DNA of 64,000 nt from Octopus vulgaris (Eukaryota), in NCBI GenBank assembly GCA_951406725.2, contig OX597817.1, positions 42,284,001 to 42,348,000 of the forward strand. Reading direction: 5' to 3'. Made by a program: the position numbers and the translations under genes. Each line of letters begins with the position of its first letter. Position 1 is the first letter of the stretch. Positions 27,142 to 40,662 of this stretch are shown here, piece by piece. Under the pieces are notes generated by a model. It worked only from the letters and a program-made list of their open reading frames with translations. It searched no databases and was not told the DNA's origin.

Positions 27142-28060
27142 AGCGGAGAGCTAGCAGAAGCATTGGCACGCCAGGCGAAGTGCTTAGCGGTATTTCGTCT
27201 GCCGCTACGTTCTGAGTTCAAATTCTGCCAAGGTCGACTTTGCCTTTCATCCTTTCAGGGTTGATTAAATAAGTACCAGTTATGCACTGGGGTCGATATA
27301 ATCAACTTAATCCGTTTATCTGTCCTTGTTTGTCCTGTCTGTGTTTAGCCCTTGTGGGTAGTAAAGAAATAGGTATTTCGTCTGCCGCTACCTTCTGAGT
27401 TCAAATTCTGCCAAGGTCGACTTGCCTTTCATCCTTTCAGGGTTGATTAAATAAGTACCAGTTATGCACTGGGGTCGATATAATCAACTTAATCCGTTTG
27501 TCTGTCCTTGTTTGTCCTCTCTGTGTTTAGCCCCTTGTGGGTAGTAAAGAAATAGGTATTTCGTCTGTCTCTATGTTCTGAGTTCAAATTTTGCCTAGGT
27601 CGACTTTAAATTTCATCCTGATAAACTAAGTACCAGTTGTATCCTGGGGTCGATCTAATCAACTGGCCCCCTCCCCAAAACTTCTGGGCCTGGAGGCTAG
27701 AGTAGAAAAGATCATTATAATATTTATTAAAGGTGGCAAGCAGGCAGAAACTTTAGCATGTCGGGTGAAATGCTTAGTGGTATATCATCTGTGTTTATGT
27801 TCTGAGTTCAAATTCTGCCAAGGTCAACTTTACCTTTCATTCTTTTGGGGTCGATAAATTAAGTACCAGTTGCATACTGGGGTTGATCTAATCAAGTGCC
27901 CCCCCCCCCTCCCAAAAAATTCTGGGCCTTGTGCGTAGAGTAGAAAAGATTATTATAATATTTATCAAAGGCAATGAGCTGGCAGAAACATTAGCATGCC
28001 AGGAGAAATGCTTAGCAGTATTTCATCTGTCTTTAGATTCTGAGTTCAAATTCCACCAAG
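27142..28060 (+). mobile_element. tandem multimer of family B SINE units
   Basis: ~183-bp units restarting at GGTATTTCGTCTG (~27189, 27372, 27555), then two more headed copies. Confidence 0.85.
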
Positions 28061-28326
28061 ATGAGAGTGCAATGAGTGCTCTTACATGCCACTGGCACAG
28101 GTGCCATTTTCGTGACACCAGTATCTACTACGACTGTGATTTTGCTTGGCTTGATGGGTCTTCTCAAGCATGACATAATGCCGAAGGTCTTGATCATTGC
28201 CTCTGTGAGGTCCAACACTTGAAAGGAACTCAACCGCTTTGCCTCTGTGAGACCCAATGCTGGCAGGAACTCAGCCACTTTGCCTCTGGGAAGCCTGTAT
28301 GTGTGTCTCTGTTAATGTATATATGT

Positions 28327-28372
<46 letters not shown>

Positions 28373-28829
28373 TTGTGTGTCTGTGTTTGACTAAAATTTT
28401 TGTTTCATTGTCTGTTTTGGCTTAATTTCTACAGCTGGATGCTCTTCCTATCACCACCCACTTTATAGAGTGTACCGGGTGCTTTTTACATAACACCAGC
28501 ATCCACACCAATGCTTCTTTTACATGACACCTTGCTTTTAAACTATCAGTTCAGTTGTGGTGAGCAGGTCTTCTTGAATACAGCAATGCACTACATATCC
28601 TGGTCCTTAGTCATTTCCAATATGTGACTGGTACTTTATTTCATCAAACCCAGGAGGAAAGGCAAAGTTGCAAAGATGACATTGGCCAGATTTGAACTCA
28701 GAATGCAAAGGCCTGCACATAACTAAATATCACAAGTGTTTGTCCAATGCTCTAAAGATTCTACCATACAGGAACAACTAATTTCTATACATTTCTTTTT
28801 TGGTGTATTTTTATTTATGCATATATGAG

Positions 28830-29170
28830 TTCCTTTCGAGTGTTGAGCCTCATGGAGACAATGACCAAGACCTTTGGCATTATGTCATGCTTGAGAAGAA
28901 GACTCATCAAGCTGAGCAATATTGCAGTCCTGGCAGATACCAGTGTCACGCAAATGGCACCCGTGCCAGTGTCACATAAAAGCACCCATTACACTCTCAG
29001 AGTGGTTGACGTTAGGAAGGGCATCCAGCCATAGGAAAACCATGCCAAATGAGACTGGAGACTGGCACAGCCTTCCAGTGTACCGGCCCAGTCAAACAGT
29101 CCAACCCATGCCAGCATGAACAACAGACGTTAAATGATGATGATATGATGATGATAATGATGATGATTCA
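28830..29170 (+). mobile_element. family C / RTE 3' end with (GAT)n tail
   Basis: similarity to other copies. Confidence 0.75.
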
Positions 29171-29319
29171 TGTCTGCTTTAGCAGTTATAATGAATATGT
29201 GCATGTGTGTATTGTAAGCATATTCAAAGAGGTATATATTGGGAGATATGTGTGATGGCAGCAGCTGTTTCTCATGTCCAAGAATTTCAATTTCCTCATG
29301 ATTGAGTTGTTCTTCATGT

Positions 29320-29690
29320 TGATGGCGTGGATGACTGAGAAAGCTAATCCTTGCATGAAATAGGCAGGAACAAAGATGGCAAGGGAGAGATGGGGAAAGG
29401 GGCAGTTGTTGTTGCTGTTGCCATTGCCCTGGTTACATCTTGCATTCCTGACGCTTTTCTTCAACTTTTCTTCCTTCGTTTACTTTTGACTTTAAAAAAA
29501 GGTGACTTTTAGTGGTGATGAAGTGACACCAGAAGGATTCAGTTTCTTGCATTTTGTCTCTTTCCCAACCATTATGAGGGTTGGTTTTAGCTGGTCTTTG
29601 TAACAACCTAAATGACATCCTCATCATCTTTTCCCAGTAGTTTAGCAACTGGGAAGAGTATTTCATGGGGAAATCACTCTCCTTTCATTG
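29320..29690 (-). pseudogene. RTE (BovB-like) LINE C-terminal fragment with C2H2-like finger
   Basis: EEKRQECK*...PCHLCSCLFHARISFLSHPRH. Confidence 0.7.
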
Positions 29691-30208
29691 TAACCTCTTT
29701 TATTAACCATTGTAGTCAGTGTTTCCTCAACGTTGATTCTATGATTTGACTGTTGACTTTTTTCTAGGATTGCATTGTTGGTTATGCATGGAGGTACATG
29801 GCTTAGTGGTTAGGGGATTGGACTCATGATCATAAGATACCCAAACCAGGTGGTGTGTTGTGTTCTTGAGCAAGACACTTCATTTCATGCTGCTCCAGTT
29901 CACCCAATTGGTAAAATGAGTAATTCTGCAGCAGATAAGCATCCTGTCCGGGGAAGAATTTATAAATTTATACACCAGAAAACCAGAAAAGTAGCCCTGT
30001 ATCCCTTATGAAGTAATATGGGCTAACCATTGTTGATTATGTAGCCCTCTCCCTCAAATACATGTGTATATGATTGTAAAAAGATTTACTAAAATGTATG
30101 TGTGAATTGTAATATAAGGAGATACACTTTCCATCTTCTTTTTCCTTCATCTGATCAATGAATGACCCCAGATGATTTTCATGACAAGCATACGTTTGTC
30201 ATGGAGTT

Positions 30209-30340
30209 TTTGTAGAAGAATATAAAGATTATTATTTTTTTTATCTTTTACTTGTAGAAGAATACAAAGATTATTTATTTTTTTTTATCTTTTACTTGTA
30301 GAAGAATATAAAGATTATTATATTTTTTATCTTTTACTTG
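30209..30340. repeat. three ~43-bp tandem repeats at a SINE tail
   Basis: TTGTAGAAGAATATAAAGATTATT...TATCTTTTAC x3. Confidence 0.85.
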
Positions 30341-30555
30341 TTTCAGTCATTAGACTGCAGCCATTTTTGGACACCACCTTGAAGAATTTATAGTTAAATG
30401 AATACGACCCCAGCATATTTTGCTGAAGCCTGGTACTTATTCTATTGGTCACTTTTGCCAAACCACTAAGCTACAGGGATGTAAACACACTAACACTGGT
30501 TGTCAAGCGGTAGTGGGAGGGAGGGACAAACAGGCACAAAAACACATACACACAA

Positions 30556-30595
30556 TGGCTGAAGACTAGCCACACACTTGAAACTCAGAGTACCA
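30556..30595 (+). ncRNA. type I hammerhead-like motif with weak stems
   Basis: TGG CTGAAGA CTAG ccacaca CTT GAAA CTC A GAG TA CCA; both core boxes intact. Confidence 0.5.
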
Positions 30596-31539
30596 CATAG
30601 TCTGAATCAAACTGTTTTGATCTATACATGTAACTCCCAATAAATGTGTTGAGTGCCCTTCTTTCGTTTCCCTACCCACTCCTGTACATATACTCTTTTA
30701 CTCTTTTACTTGTTTCAGTCATTTGACTGTGGCCATGCTGGAGCACCACCTTTAGTTGAGCAAATTGACCCCAGGACTTATTCTTTGTAAGCCTAGTACT
30801 TATTCTATCGGTCTCTTTTGTCGAACCGCTAAATTACGGGGATGTAAATACACCAGCATCGGTTGTCAAGTGATGTTGGGGGGACAAACATATACACACA
30901 CACATATATATAATATCTACACAGCTTTGGTTTTTTATCTTATTACACAAAAAATTCTTATACACAGGCTGACATACAACTAACATTTGAACCCCTTACT
31001 CACAAAATTACCGAATCTGGAACTTAACTATGGTCTGTCTATAGCACTTATTCAGCATTACCTGACACCTTTGGGTCTCAACGACACCATTTTCTCTTAT
31101 ATATATATATATATACAACAAGCTTTTTCAGATTCCATCAACCTAATCCACTCACAAGGCTTTGGTCAGCCAGGGGCTATAATAGAAGCTACTTTCCCAA
31201 GGTGCTATTCAGTGGGATTGAACCAGAGGCAAGTGGTTGGGAAGGAAGCTTCTTACCACACAGCCACACCCGCACATTTTATCAAGACACCATCTTGTTA
31301 ACTACAGTCACTTGTGAGAGAGTGACAGAAAGAAATGGGGGAGTAAGAGAGAGAAAGGAAAGGGAGAAAAAGAGAGAGGAACAGAGAGAAAGGTGGGAAA
31401 TAGAAGTAGGATAAAAGAGACAGAAACAGGGAGAAAGACAGGAAAAGAATGCGGTAGAGAGGGAAGTAGGGAGAAAAATATAAAAGAGGAAGAAAAGCTG
31501 ATCTCAGTATTTCACTGGTATTTCATATAACAATCCCAA

Positions 31540-31771
31540 GGTGGAGAGCTGGCAGAAACATTAGCACGCCGGGCAAAATGTTCAGCGGTATTTCGTCTGC
31601 TGCTAGTTCTGAGTTCAAATTCCACCAAGGTCGACTTTGCCTTTCATCCTTTCAGGGTCGATTAAATAAGTACCAGTTACGCACTGAGGTCAATATAATC
31701 GACTTAATCTGTTTGTCTGTCCTTGTTTGTCCTCTCTGTGTTTAGCCCCTTGTGGGTAGTAAAGAAATAGA
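31540..31771 (+). mobile_element. family B SINE with 21-bp TSD
   Basis: TATTTCATATAACAATCCCAA at 31519-31539 and 31772-31792. Confidence 0.9.
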
Positions 31772-32402
31772 TATTTCATATAACAATCCCAAAAAGGATG
31801 AAAAGAAATGTTTACCTGTGTTTGGATTTGAACTCAAAGAGCCAAGCCAAATTCCATCAGAAATTAATTTAGCCAACACACTAATAACTTAGCCATTTCA
31901 CTACTTTATAGGGTGGCACCCAGAAAATGTAAATTTATTTCACTATATTCCTCGACTACTTTAATAAATTCTTCAGTGTATGTCACAAATTATCAATGTT
32001 ATGTCAGAGACAATGCTGATATCCCGACAAGCTTAACGAAATGATATATTTATTCTCTAAAATGAGATGAGATTCTTCACAATTATAGAAACTTAATCAG
32101 TTTAGATACATCAGTAACCAACAGAAAGTAATTTTGTCAATAAATAAATTTCCTTAAACACATCACTGATGTGAATGTTAGTGTAACATTTGGCATTATT
32201 ACCAATTCAGTAGTCAATCTAATTTCATTTGCTTGAAGAGAACTGAAATATAGAAATGGTTATAGAGTCTAGTAATTCATTGTTATTCCTTGATTCTAAC
32301 AGATTAACCCTCGATGTACAATTTTATAGATTTTTACCAGATAAAACAAGGATAATCTCTCGCTAGGCATTGCCTGCTATTTTGCTTCAAAATAATATGT
32401 GT

Positions 32403-32404
<2 letters not shown>

Positions 32405-32462
<58 letters not shown>

Positions 32463-32504
32463 TTATATACATATATATACATATATATATATACATATAT
32501 ATAC

Positions 32505-32535
<31 letters not shown>

Positions 32536-32562
32536 TATATACATATATATATATATACATAC

Positions 32563-32597
<35 letters not shown>

Positions 32598-32610
32598 TAT
32601 ATCTATACAT
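32405..32610. repeat. (TA)n/(CA)n microsatellite
   Basis: direct sequence. Confidence 0.95.
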
Positions 32611-32958
32611 GTCTTTTATTTGCTGTTGTCGTTTAACCCCAGGTTAGCTTCAAGTGAGCAGACCAATGATCAAAGGCATCCTAACCATACCATCCTGTCT
32701 ATTTTCAGTGAAGATGGCTGAATGTGATATTAGAAAGATTTGGCTGCTTTTTCTAGCAGCTTTCATGGCTAGAAGTTGTTCTTGTGGATCATGTCACTAC
32801 ATACGAGTAGAATAAACGAGATAATGGTTGGTTAAAGCTATGAGAATTAAACTGTGAATATATTGGTGTTACATACTATTACAGTAGAAATGAAAAACTA
32901 GTTTAAAACTCTTCTACATACATCTCTCTTTATTTCTCTTTGATTTTTCTCTCTCTCA

Positions 32959-33032
<74 letters not shown>

Positions 33033-33077
33033 TCATCATCATCATCATCATCGTTTAACGTCCGTTTTCCATGCTGG

Positions 33078-33841
33078 TGTAGCAATAACCATTTTAGCCA
33101 TTTTGAAAAGTGGCGCAAATTGGCAATATGACATAATGTCTTTGCCGAAGAATTATCATTTTCGTTTTTTTCCCATTGGTTAATATAACTGCTCATATAA
33201 AGATTCTAAAAGTTTCGTAAAGAATATTTGTCCTGAATTTCGATTCTTTTTAGTCAAGTTGAGCAGTTATAAAAACCCTGGATTTGGGGAAAGACTTTAG
33301 TGTTTGTTGGAAGTCACTTAACTCCATGACACTCACTCTTTTGAGACATCAGTAATTTTCATGCCATGTCTAGAGTTAATCACAAATCTAATTTGATTTG
33401 TAGGTTAAATTATTAGTTAGAAAAGAAGAAATTAGTTAATGAATTTATAGTCGTTCTTCTTCACGACAAAGTTCTTTCCTACTGTAAATAATATAAAATG
33501 TTATATTTATATAATAAAAACTAATTAAAAGAAAATGTTTCTCTTCACATTTGTTTTTCAATTGAGCATAAATAAATATGCATTTCTGTAATCTTTAATT
33601 TATGTTTCTTATAGCGGTTTAAAAGGACACAAAGAAAATATTATACATACATGTCATATAGCGTTTCATGCGTATATGTCTCTATGACGTTATAACTGTA
33701 GTTAGGGTTTTAGGTATAATGATAACACTTTAGTACAAGTGACGTTGAATCATTATATTCTCCCTTACTCAGAGGAAAGCCAAATAAAATAATATAACCT
33801 AAGAGAAAGCTTAAGATAATAAAACAAAAACCGCCGTAAGA
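33078..33841. mobile_element. probable solo LTR inserted into a family C repeat
   Basis: host repeat split with 4-bp TSD CTGG (33074-33077 and 33842-33845); minus-strand ends TCTTACGG...GCTACA, one change from TG...CA. Confidence 0.6.
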
Positions 33842-34271
33842 CTGGCATGGGTTGGACGGTTTCACTGGAGACTGGCAAGCCAGGAGGCCACACCAGACTC
33901 CAATCTGATCCGGTAAGGTTTCTACAGTTTGATGCCATTCCTAATGCCAACCACTCTGAGAGTGTAGTGGATGGTTTATACATGCCACCAGCACGGGAGC
34001 AAATCAGGTAGCACTGTCATTGGCCATGTTTGGATGGTGCTTTTTACATACCACCAGCATGAGAGCCAGTCAGGTAGAACTGGCAATGACCCGTGTGTGC
34101 TTGGTGCTAATTCCATGCCACCAGCACAGGAGCCAGTCGGGTGGCACTGGCATCAGCTACAACTATAATTTCCATTTGATTGTGATTTGATTTGAATTTT
34201 GATTTTGATTATATATATGTGTGTGTGTGTATATATATATATGTATGTATATGTATGTATGTATGTATGTT

Positions 34272-34306
<35 letters not shown>

Positions 34307-34311
34307 ATGTG

Positions 34312-34343
<32 letters not shown>

Positions 34344-35210
34344 TACATATGCTAGCATGGAAAGTGGACGTCAAACGATGATGATGATGATATATATATA
34401 TATATATGTATGACGGGTTTCTTTCAGTTTCCGTCTACCAAATGCACTTACAAGGCTTTGGTTGGCCCGAGGCTATAATAGAAAACACTTACCCAAGGTG
34501 CCATGCAGTGGGACTGAACCCAGAACCATGTGGTTGGTAAGCAAGCTACTTATCACAATCAAAATCTAAAGACTTTTGATTAGTCTACAGCTGAGCCAGG
34601 GTGCTCCTTGCAACAGTTAAAGGGACTATGTTGATATACACAATATTAAACCCTGCTATTTCTTTGCTATGTAATATTTGTTGAAGTTATTATTCTTTGG
34701 GAATTATTCACCTCTTTACAAACTGGATTACTGATGGCACTCAGCAAAATTGCTTCTAGAATAGAAAAGACCGTCTAGAGTAGAGTAACTACTTCAATGC
34801 TGAGATACCTTATAAGAAAGTCATTGATGGGAATAGATTAACTTTAAGAAGCAAATCTAACACAGGTTAATTCTGGACAACCATTCTTCGCGATTTTCAT
34901 CTTATTACTGAAATAGCCGACAGCTAAATCATTAAATGTTCATGATTCTGTCCATTGTGTCATTACTGCTATACTGTGTCACCTAAAGCTTGGATTATTG
35001 TGGTTTGGTTATTCACCCAATCTCAAAGACTCTAAACATAGGTGTCCTAAATGTGCAGAGATAGAAATTTTCTCAAAAGTTCAGGCTTTATTTATGACCC
35101 AATGTGTTAGATCTCTGGATCATGCTGCTCATTATAATGATATTTTATGATAAAGAATACTGAAATCTGTTTGAGATTTTTGATTTTAAAATATTTATTC
35201 TTACTAGACT

Positions 35211-35570
35211 AGGCACAGGAGTGGCTGTGTGGTAAGTAGCTGCATGGCACCTTGGGCAAGGGTCTTCTACTATAGCCTCGGGCCAACCAAAGCCTTGTGA
35301 GTGGATTTGGTAAACTGAAAGAAGCCCGTCGTATGTGTGTGTGTGTGTGTGTGTGTGAGTGTGTGTGTTTGTGCGTCTGTGTTTGTCCCCCCAAGTTTGC
35401 TTGACAACTGATGGTTGTGTGTTCAAATCCCTGTAACTTAGCGGTTTGGCAAAAGATGGCAATAAAATAAGTACTAGGCTTACAAAGAATAAGTCCTGGG
35501 GTCGATTTGTTTGACTAAAGTTGGTGTTTCAGCATGGCCACAGTCAAATGACTTACACAAATAAAAGAAT
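35211..35570 (+). mobile_element. SINE family A
   Basis: similarity to other copies; deletion in the head. Confidence 0.8.
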
Positions 35571-35679
35571 TACTGTAAACAAAACATGTTGTCATTACTA
35601 TGAACTTCAAAGATTATTGTTCTTGGACTGTTCTTGAGATACTTCAAAGATTATTGTTCTTGGACAGGTGTGATAACAG

Positions 35680-35990
35680 TACCTGTCAAAACGTTAGCTG
35701 GTCGTTGAGTGTTGTTGCCACTGTCCATCCATTGATTTTGTGTTGTCACAATGCTCTGGTCAATTGTTGTTCTGTCTTCTGTGTCCAGTTTGATGTCTCC
35801 AGTGTGCTGTTTATTGGTAGTGGCTAAAATGCACAGAATGCATAGTGGTGGTCTGACTCCAAAAGAGTGCACCAAAGATGAAATTGTTGTTAGATTCAGT
35901 TCCACATGAAGTCTTGGTTTGGTTAGATTTTTTAAGACATTCATAATATTCTAGTGAATCGCAACCATATTCTTGGATTGTATTGTCACA
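35680..35990 (-). mobile_element. possible very degenerate RTE-type LINE 3' fragment
   Basis: TRIL*MS...TKPRLH...TISSLV resembles RTE TRMLR...TKxxLYGxLxxIS. Confidence 0.3.
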
Positions 35991-36879
35991 TCAGATATAG
36001 TGATGCAGGTTTGATTGCTAAATATTCCTGCAATGTGCATCAGATTGCTGTTTATCACAGTGATTTCTTTTGAATAGTAATCAAAAGACTTTTGTGTCAG
36101 ACCAAACTGAATTTAGTGGCAATTATATCTTTTCTGGCTATAGAAGATCAGTTATATTAATTAAAAAACACCCCTGTATTACCTAATTACTTACAAAGGA
36201 ATTTCAAAATAAATGGCTCAAACAATTAAAATGGAATTAAAAGCATTCATTCCACAGAGAGAATGATTTGAGTCATTTATTCCCTAACTATTGTTTAGTT
36301 ATTGTACTATTCCTTGGGTTATAGTAGAAGGACTCTGCAGCCTGGGTTAACAAGCTATTGAGTCCTTCTGCATTGATGAGGCATCATTTTCAGGCATCTT
36401 TGGTCATATTTTATTTGATAAAGAAGGTGGTATGGAGTAAATAAAACAGATGTTCAACACCAGAATTGTTAACTGTGTTGCATGCTAGAAACAACACTGC
36501 TATCATTACAAGTAAGGAACTTTGGTTCTTGTAGACCAAATTTGGACAAATTTTGAACCACTTGAAGCAAAATGTGAAAGTTACTGTGTCCATTATGGAA
36601 TTGGTGAATCTCTTGATTTAAGTAGTTGTAATGATGGGATGACATGGATCAACAGAATTGAATCCGTAGTGAAGGGGACCCCAGGAGAAGTATTCAATCT
36701 ACCAGTGTTGTTAAGCTCTTATATATCAGAAGGGGATTAAATAAAGTCCTCTTCACACCTCAATAATATTACACACACACACACACACATGTTTTTATGT
36801 ATACATACATTCCTATCTCACACACACACACACACTTTATACATTTATATATATATGTGTGTATGTACATATATATATA

Positions 36880-37940
36880 TATCATCATCATCATCATTGC
36901 TTAACATCCACTTTCTATGTTGGTATGGGTTGGACAGTTTGACTGAGGACTGGCAAGCCAGATGGTTGCACCAGGCTCCAATCTGATCTGGCAGAGTTTT
37001 TACAGTTGGATGCCCTTCCTAACACCAACCACTCCAAGAGTGTAGTGGGTGCTTTTACATGCCACCAGCACGAGGGTCAGTCAGGTGGTACTGGCAATGG
37101 CCACACTCAAATGGTGTTTTTTATGTGCCACCTGCACAGGAGCCAGTCCAGTGGCATTGGCAACGACCTCGCTCAAATATTGTTTTTCGCGTGCCACCGG
37201 CACAAGTGCCAGTAAGGCAACACAGTGAAAGGTAGGTTGTATGATGCCTGTGTAAGAACAGCTATGCTGCATGGTAGTAAAACATGGACTGTGACATCTG
37301 AGGACATACGTAGGCTTGAAAGAAATGAAGCCAGTATGCTTCATTGGATGGGTAATGTCAGTGTGTATTTATGACAGAGTGTAAGCATCTTGAGAGAAAA
37401 GTTGGGCGTAAGAGGCATCAGGTGTGGTGTGCAAGAGAGACGACTGTGCTGGTATGGACGAGGACAGCTGTGTAAAGAAGTGCCAATCTCTAACTACACA
37501 GGGAGCCTGTGGTAGAAGTAGACCCAAGAGGATATGGGACGAAGTGGTGAAACATGATCTTTGAACATCACAGAGGCAATGATAGGAGACTGAGACCTTT
37601 GGAGATATGCTGTGCTTGAGAAGATCCATCGAGCCAAGTGAAATCGTAGTCATGGATGATGCTGGTGTCACATAACTGGCACCCATGCCAGTAGAACATA
37701 AAGAGCACTTTTTGAGTGTTCGGCAAAGTCATTTTGAGCAGTGGGCCTCACAGAGGCAATGACCAAAACCTTTGGCATTATGTTGTACTTGAGAAGAAAA
37801 TCCATTAAGCCAAGCAAAATCACAGTCATGGCAGATACTGGTGTCACGCAAATGGCACATAAAAGCACTCATTACATTCTCAGAGTGGTTGGCATTATAA
37901 AGGGTATCCAGCTGTAGAAAACCATGCTAAATCAGAATGG
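36880..37940. mobile_element. family C repeat (minus) joined to an RTE RT 3' fragment (plus, ~37225-37940)
   Basis: KGRLYDACVRTAMLHGSKTW...RLERNEAS; matches the 55137-55472 ORF. Confidence 0.8.
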
Positions 37941-38539
37941 AGTTGAATTTTGAACCCAACCCAGGGTTCTCGTTCCTAAGGTTTTTTTTGCTGATGTATA
38001 TATACACAGGCCTCTTTTAGTTTTCATCTACCAATTCCACTCACAAGTCTTTGGTTGGCCTAGAGCTACAGTAGAAGCCCAAGGAGCCAAGCAGAGTGAC
38101 TGACCACAAATCAACATGGTTAAGAAGCAAATTTCTCAACCACACAGTCTTGTGTGTGTATGTATGTGTGTATGTATGTGTGGGGGAGAGAGAAGGGAGA
38201 GGGAGAGAGCAGGTTATGTGACTGGGCAGTCACAAGCAGTTGTGAAGAACAAGAAACCCTACAAATTGATAAGTCAGTGTCCCTTAAATAGCAACAGCTA
38301 AACTATTTTGATAAACACTCTATTTTGGACTTTCAGTTATGTGTTTTTATGTGTTTGTTCTATAAATGTTTGCTGTTGAACTGTTTCTTGTTATATCTAA
38401 ATTATCATCTTGCAAATTATTTACGTCATAATATAAACAGCATTTGGATTTGTTCTGAGATAATTTTGAATTGGAAAACAAAAAATATTGGAAAATTGGC
38501 AGAAAAAAAGAAAGGATATTTTACAATACACTCGTTGTT

Positions 38540-38542
<3 letters not shown>

Positions 38543-38598
<56 letters not shown>

Positions 38599-38674
38599 CA
38601 TTATTATTATTATTTTTCAGGTCACTGCCTGGAATCGAACCCAGAATCTTGGGGTTAGTAGCATATTATTATTA

Positions 38675-38722
<48 letters not shown>

Positions 38723-38765
38723 TCACTGCCTGGAATCGAACTCAGAATATTGGGGTTAGTAGCAT
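38543..38765 (-). repeat. (TTA)n tracts with two ~47-bp tRNA-like cassettes
   Basis: minus GCTACTAACCCCAAGATTCTGGGTTCGATTCCAGGCAGTGACCTGAA then (TAA)n, twice. Confidence 0.7.
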
Positions 38766-39659
38766 ATGTGGGCGTATGATGTAGTGGCATCATTGTTTGT
38801 TATTTAGCCACACATCCCAGAGTTAGACATCCTGTCTTTTTAGGGGCGTTTTAGAACAACATTATCTATTGCATCCTTTCGTTTATTAAGACGGTATGTT
38901 ATTATTTCAGTTAATTTTAGCTGTTATTTCTATCTTGTCAAATGACCACAGAGAGATTCCCACACAGACTCAGCATGATACAACTATAATGAGGAAGTAA
39001 AAGACAAAATTGCTGATACAGATGTCTTGGAATTGAGACACGGTGTGAATGTGAGGGAAAAAAATGCGAAGTATTGAACTAGCAATATTTGACTGAGAGA
39101 GGCATAGCACAACTAAGATGAAAGAAAGAGAAAACATTGTAGGATCAGGTAAGAAGTGTCAGCAGAAAGACATAATTTGAAGGAGAGGAACTGGCATAAA
39201 AATAATGATATATCATTGGTTAAGATGATGAAAGAAGACATCCTTTTCAACTTAGCTTGCTACTTCCAGTTACTTTTGTGTGTGTCATTAATTTGATAAT
39301 CTTGCTTGACCACATAAGAAGTGATATGCTACAGAGGCTCAATCACACACGTAATTTACCCCTCATACATAATAAATATATGCGCTCACATGGTCATACA
39401 TAATAGATATGCACACTCACACACACGCACTTAAAGCATACATGCATCATGTGCAGACGTTCTCTCGCATATCTAAACAGGGTTGTTATTCGAAGGCTGT
39501 TGTAACAGAAAAGGTTAGATGGATGATGTTGTTTTTGACATAATGAACTAAATCCCTTGAAAGGGCTGCTCCAGTGTGGTCACAGTCCAATGACTGAAGC
39601 AAGCAAAAGAATAAAAAAAATAACTATGAATTACACATTTCGCACAAACACAGACATAT

Positions 39660-40215
39660 AGCAAAGGCATGGCTGTGTGGTATGGAGGTTGCTTACCAAC
39701 TACATGTGTCTAGGTTCAGTGCCACCGCATGGCACCTTGGACAAGTGTCTTCTACTATAGCCTCAGGTTGACCAAAGCCTTGTGAGTGGATTAGGTAGAT
39801 GGAAACTGAAAGAAGCCCATCGTGCATGTGTGTGTGTTATTATGTCTGCATTTGTCCTCATCACCACTTGACAACCAGTGTTGGTGTTTTTATGTCCCCA
39901 TAACTTAGTGGTTCAGCAAAAAAGACCAATAAAGTACCAGGTTTAAAAGAAAACTACTAGGGTCACTTCATTTGACTAAAAATTCTTCAAGGCAATGCTC
40001 CAGCATGGCCACAGTCTAAAGACTGAAAGAAGTAAAAGATATACATACATAGGCACAGGCATGGTTGTATGGTAAGAAGCTTGCTTCCCGGCCACATGGT
40101 CTGGGTTCAGTCCCACTACATGGCACATTGGACAAGTGTCTTCTACTATAGCCTTGGGCTAACCAAAGCTTTGTGAGTGGATTTGGTAGACAGGAACTGA
40201 AAGAAGCCCATCATA
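39660..40215 (+). mobile_element. two tandem family A SINEs
   Basis: similarity to other copies. Confidence 0.8.
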
Positions 40216-40421
40216 TATATACATAAATGTATCAAGTATATACTTGTTCTTTAAATTCATCTGAAATCGGAGTCACGTTTATGGATTAAATTACTTAATC
40301 TTACACTTCTTCATATTATATATTTTCCTCTTTTGTCTCAAGTTCCTCTTGAGCACTTCTAAGTGCAAACCTTAACTTTGTGAGAGAATTTCTGAATAAT
40401 CATATTCTTTCTCAAAAGAAT

Positions 40422-40472
<51 letters not shown>

Positions 40473-40483
40473 ATGTGTGTGTG

Positions 40484-40662
40484 GTTGAAATTTACAGAAA
40501 AACAAAAGACGAAGACAGGTGTATAAACAACAAACAGGTGTATTAGTTTAATGCTCGGGAAGGTGAGAAAGTCTTTTACGTTTCGAGCTTATACTGTTCA
40601 ACAGAAAGGAACAAGAGGAAATAAACAGAGAGTAAAAAAACTTTTGGAGCTAGCGCTCAATC
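40484..40662 (-). mobile_element. Penelope pLTR-like short element with variant HHR (40573-40608), between (TG)n and (TA)n
   Basis: minus CTTT CTGTTGA ACAGTATAAGCTC GAAACGT A AAAG; second copy at 61620-61790. Confidence 0.6.

Noticed and set aside
33700-33715. TTAGGG telomere-like motif
   Set aside because: Only one to two units, inside the putative LTR.
36320-36760. 72-aa ORF and GAAGGACTC/GAGTCCTTC inverted repeat
   Set aside because: No HHR core and no identifiable protein family; cannot be supported.
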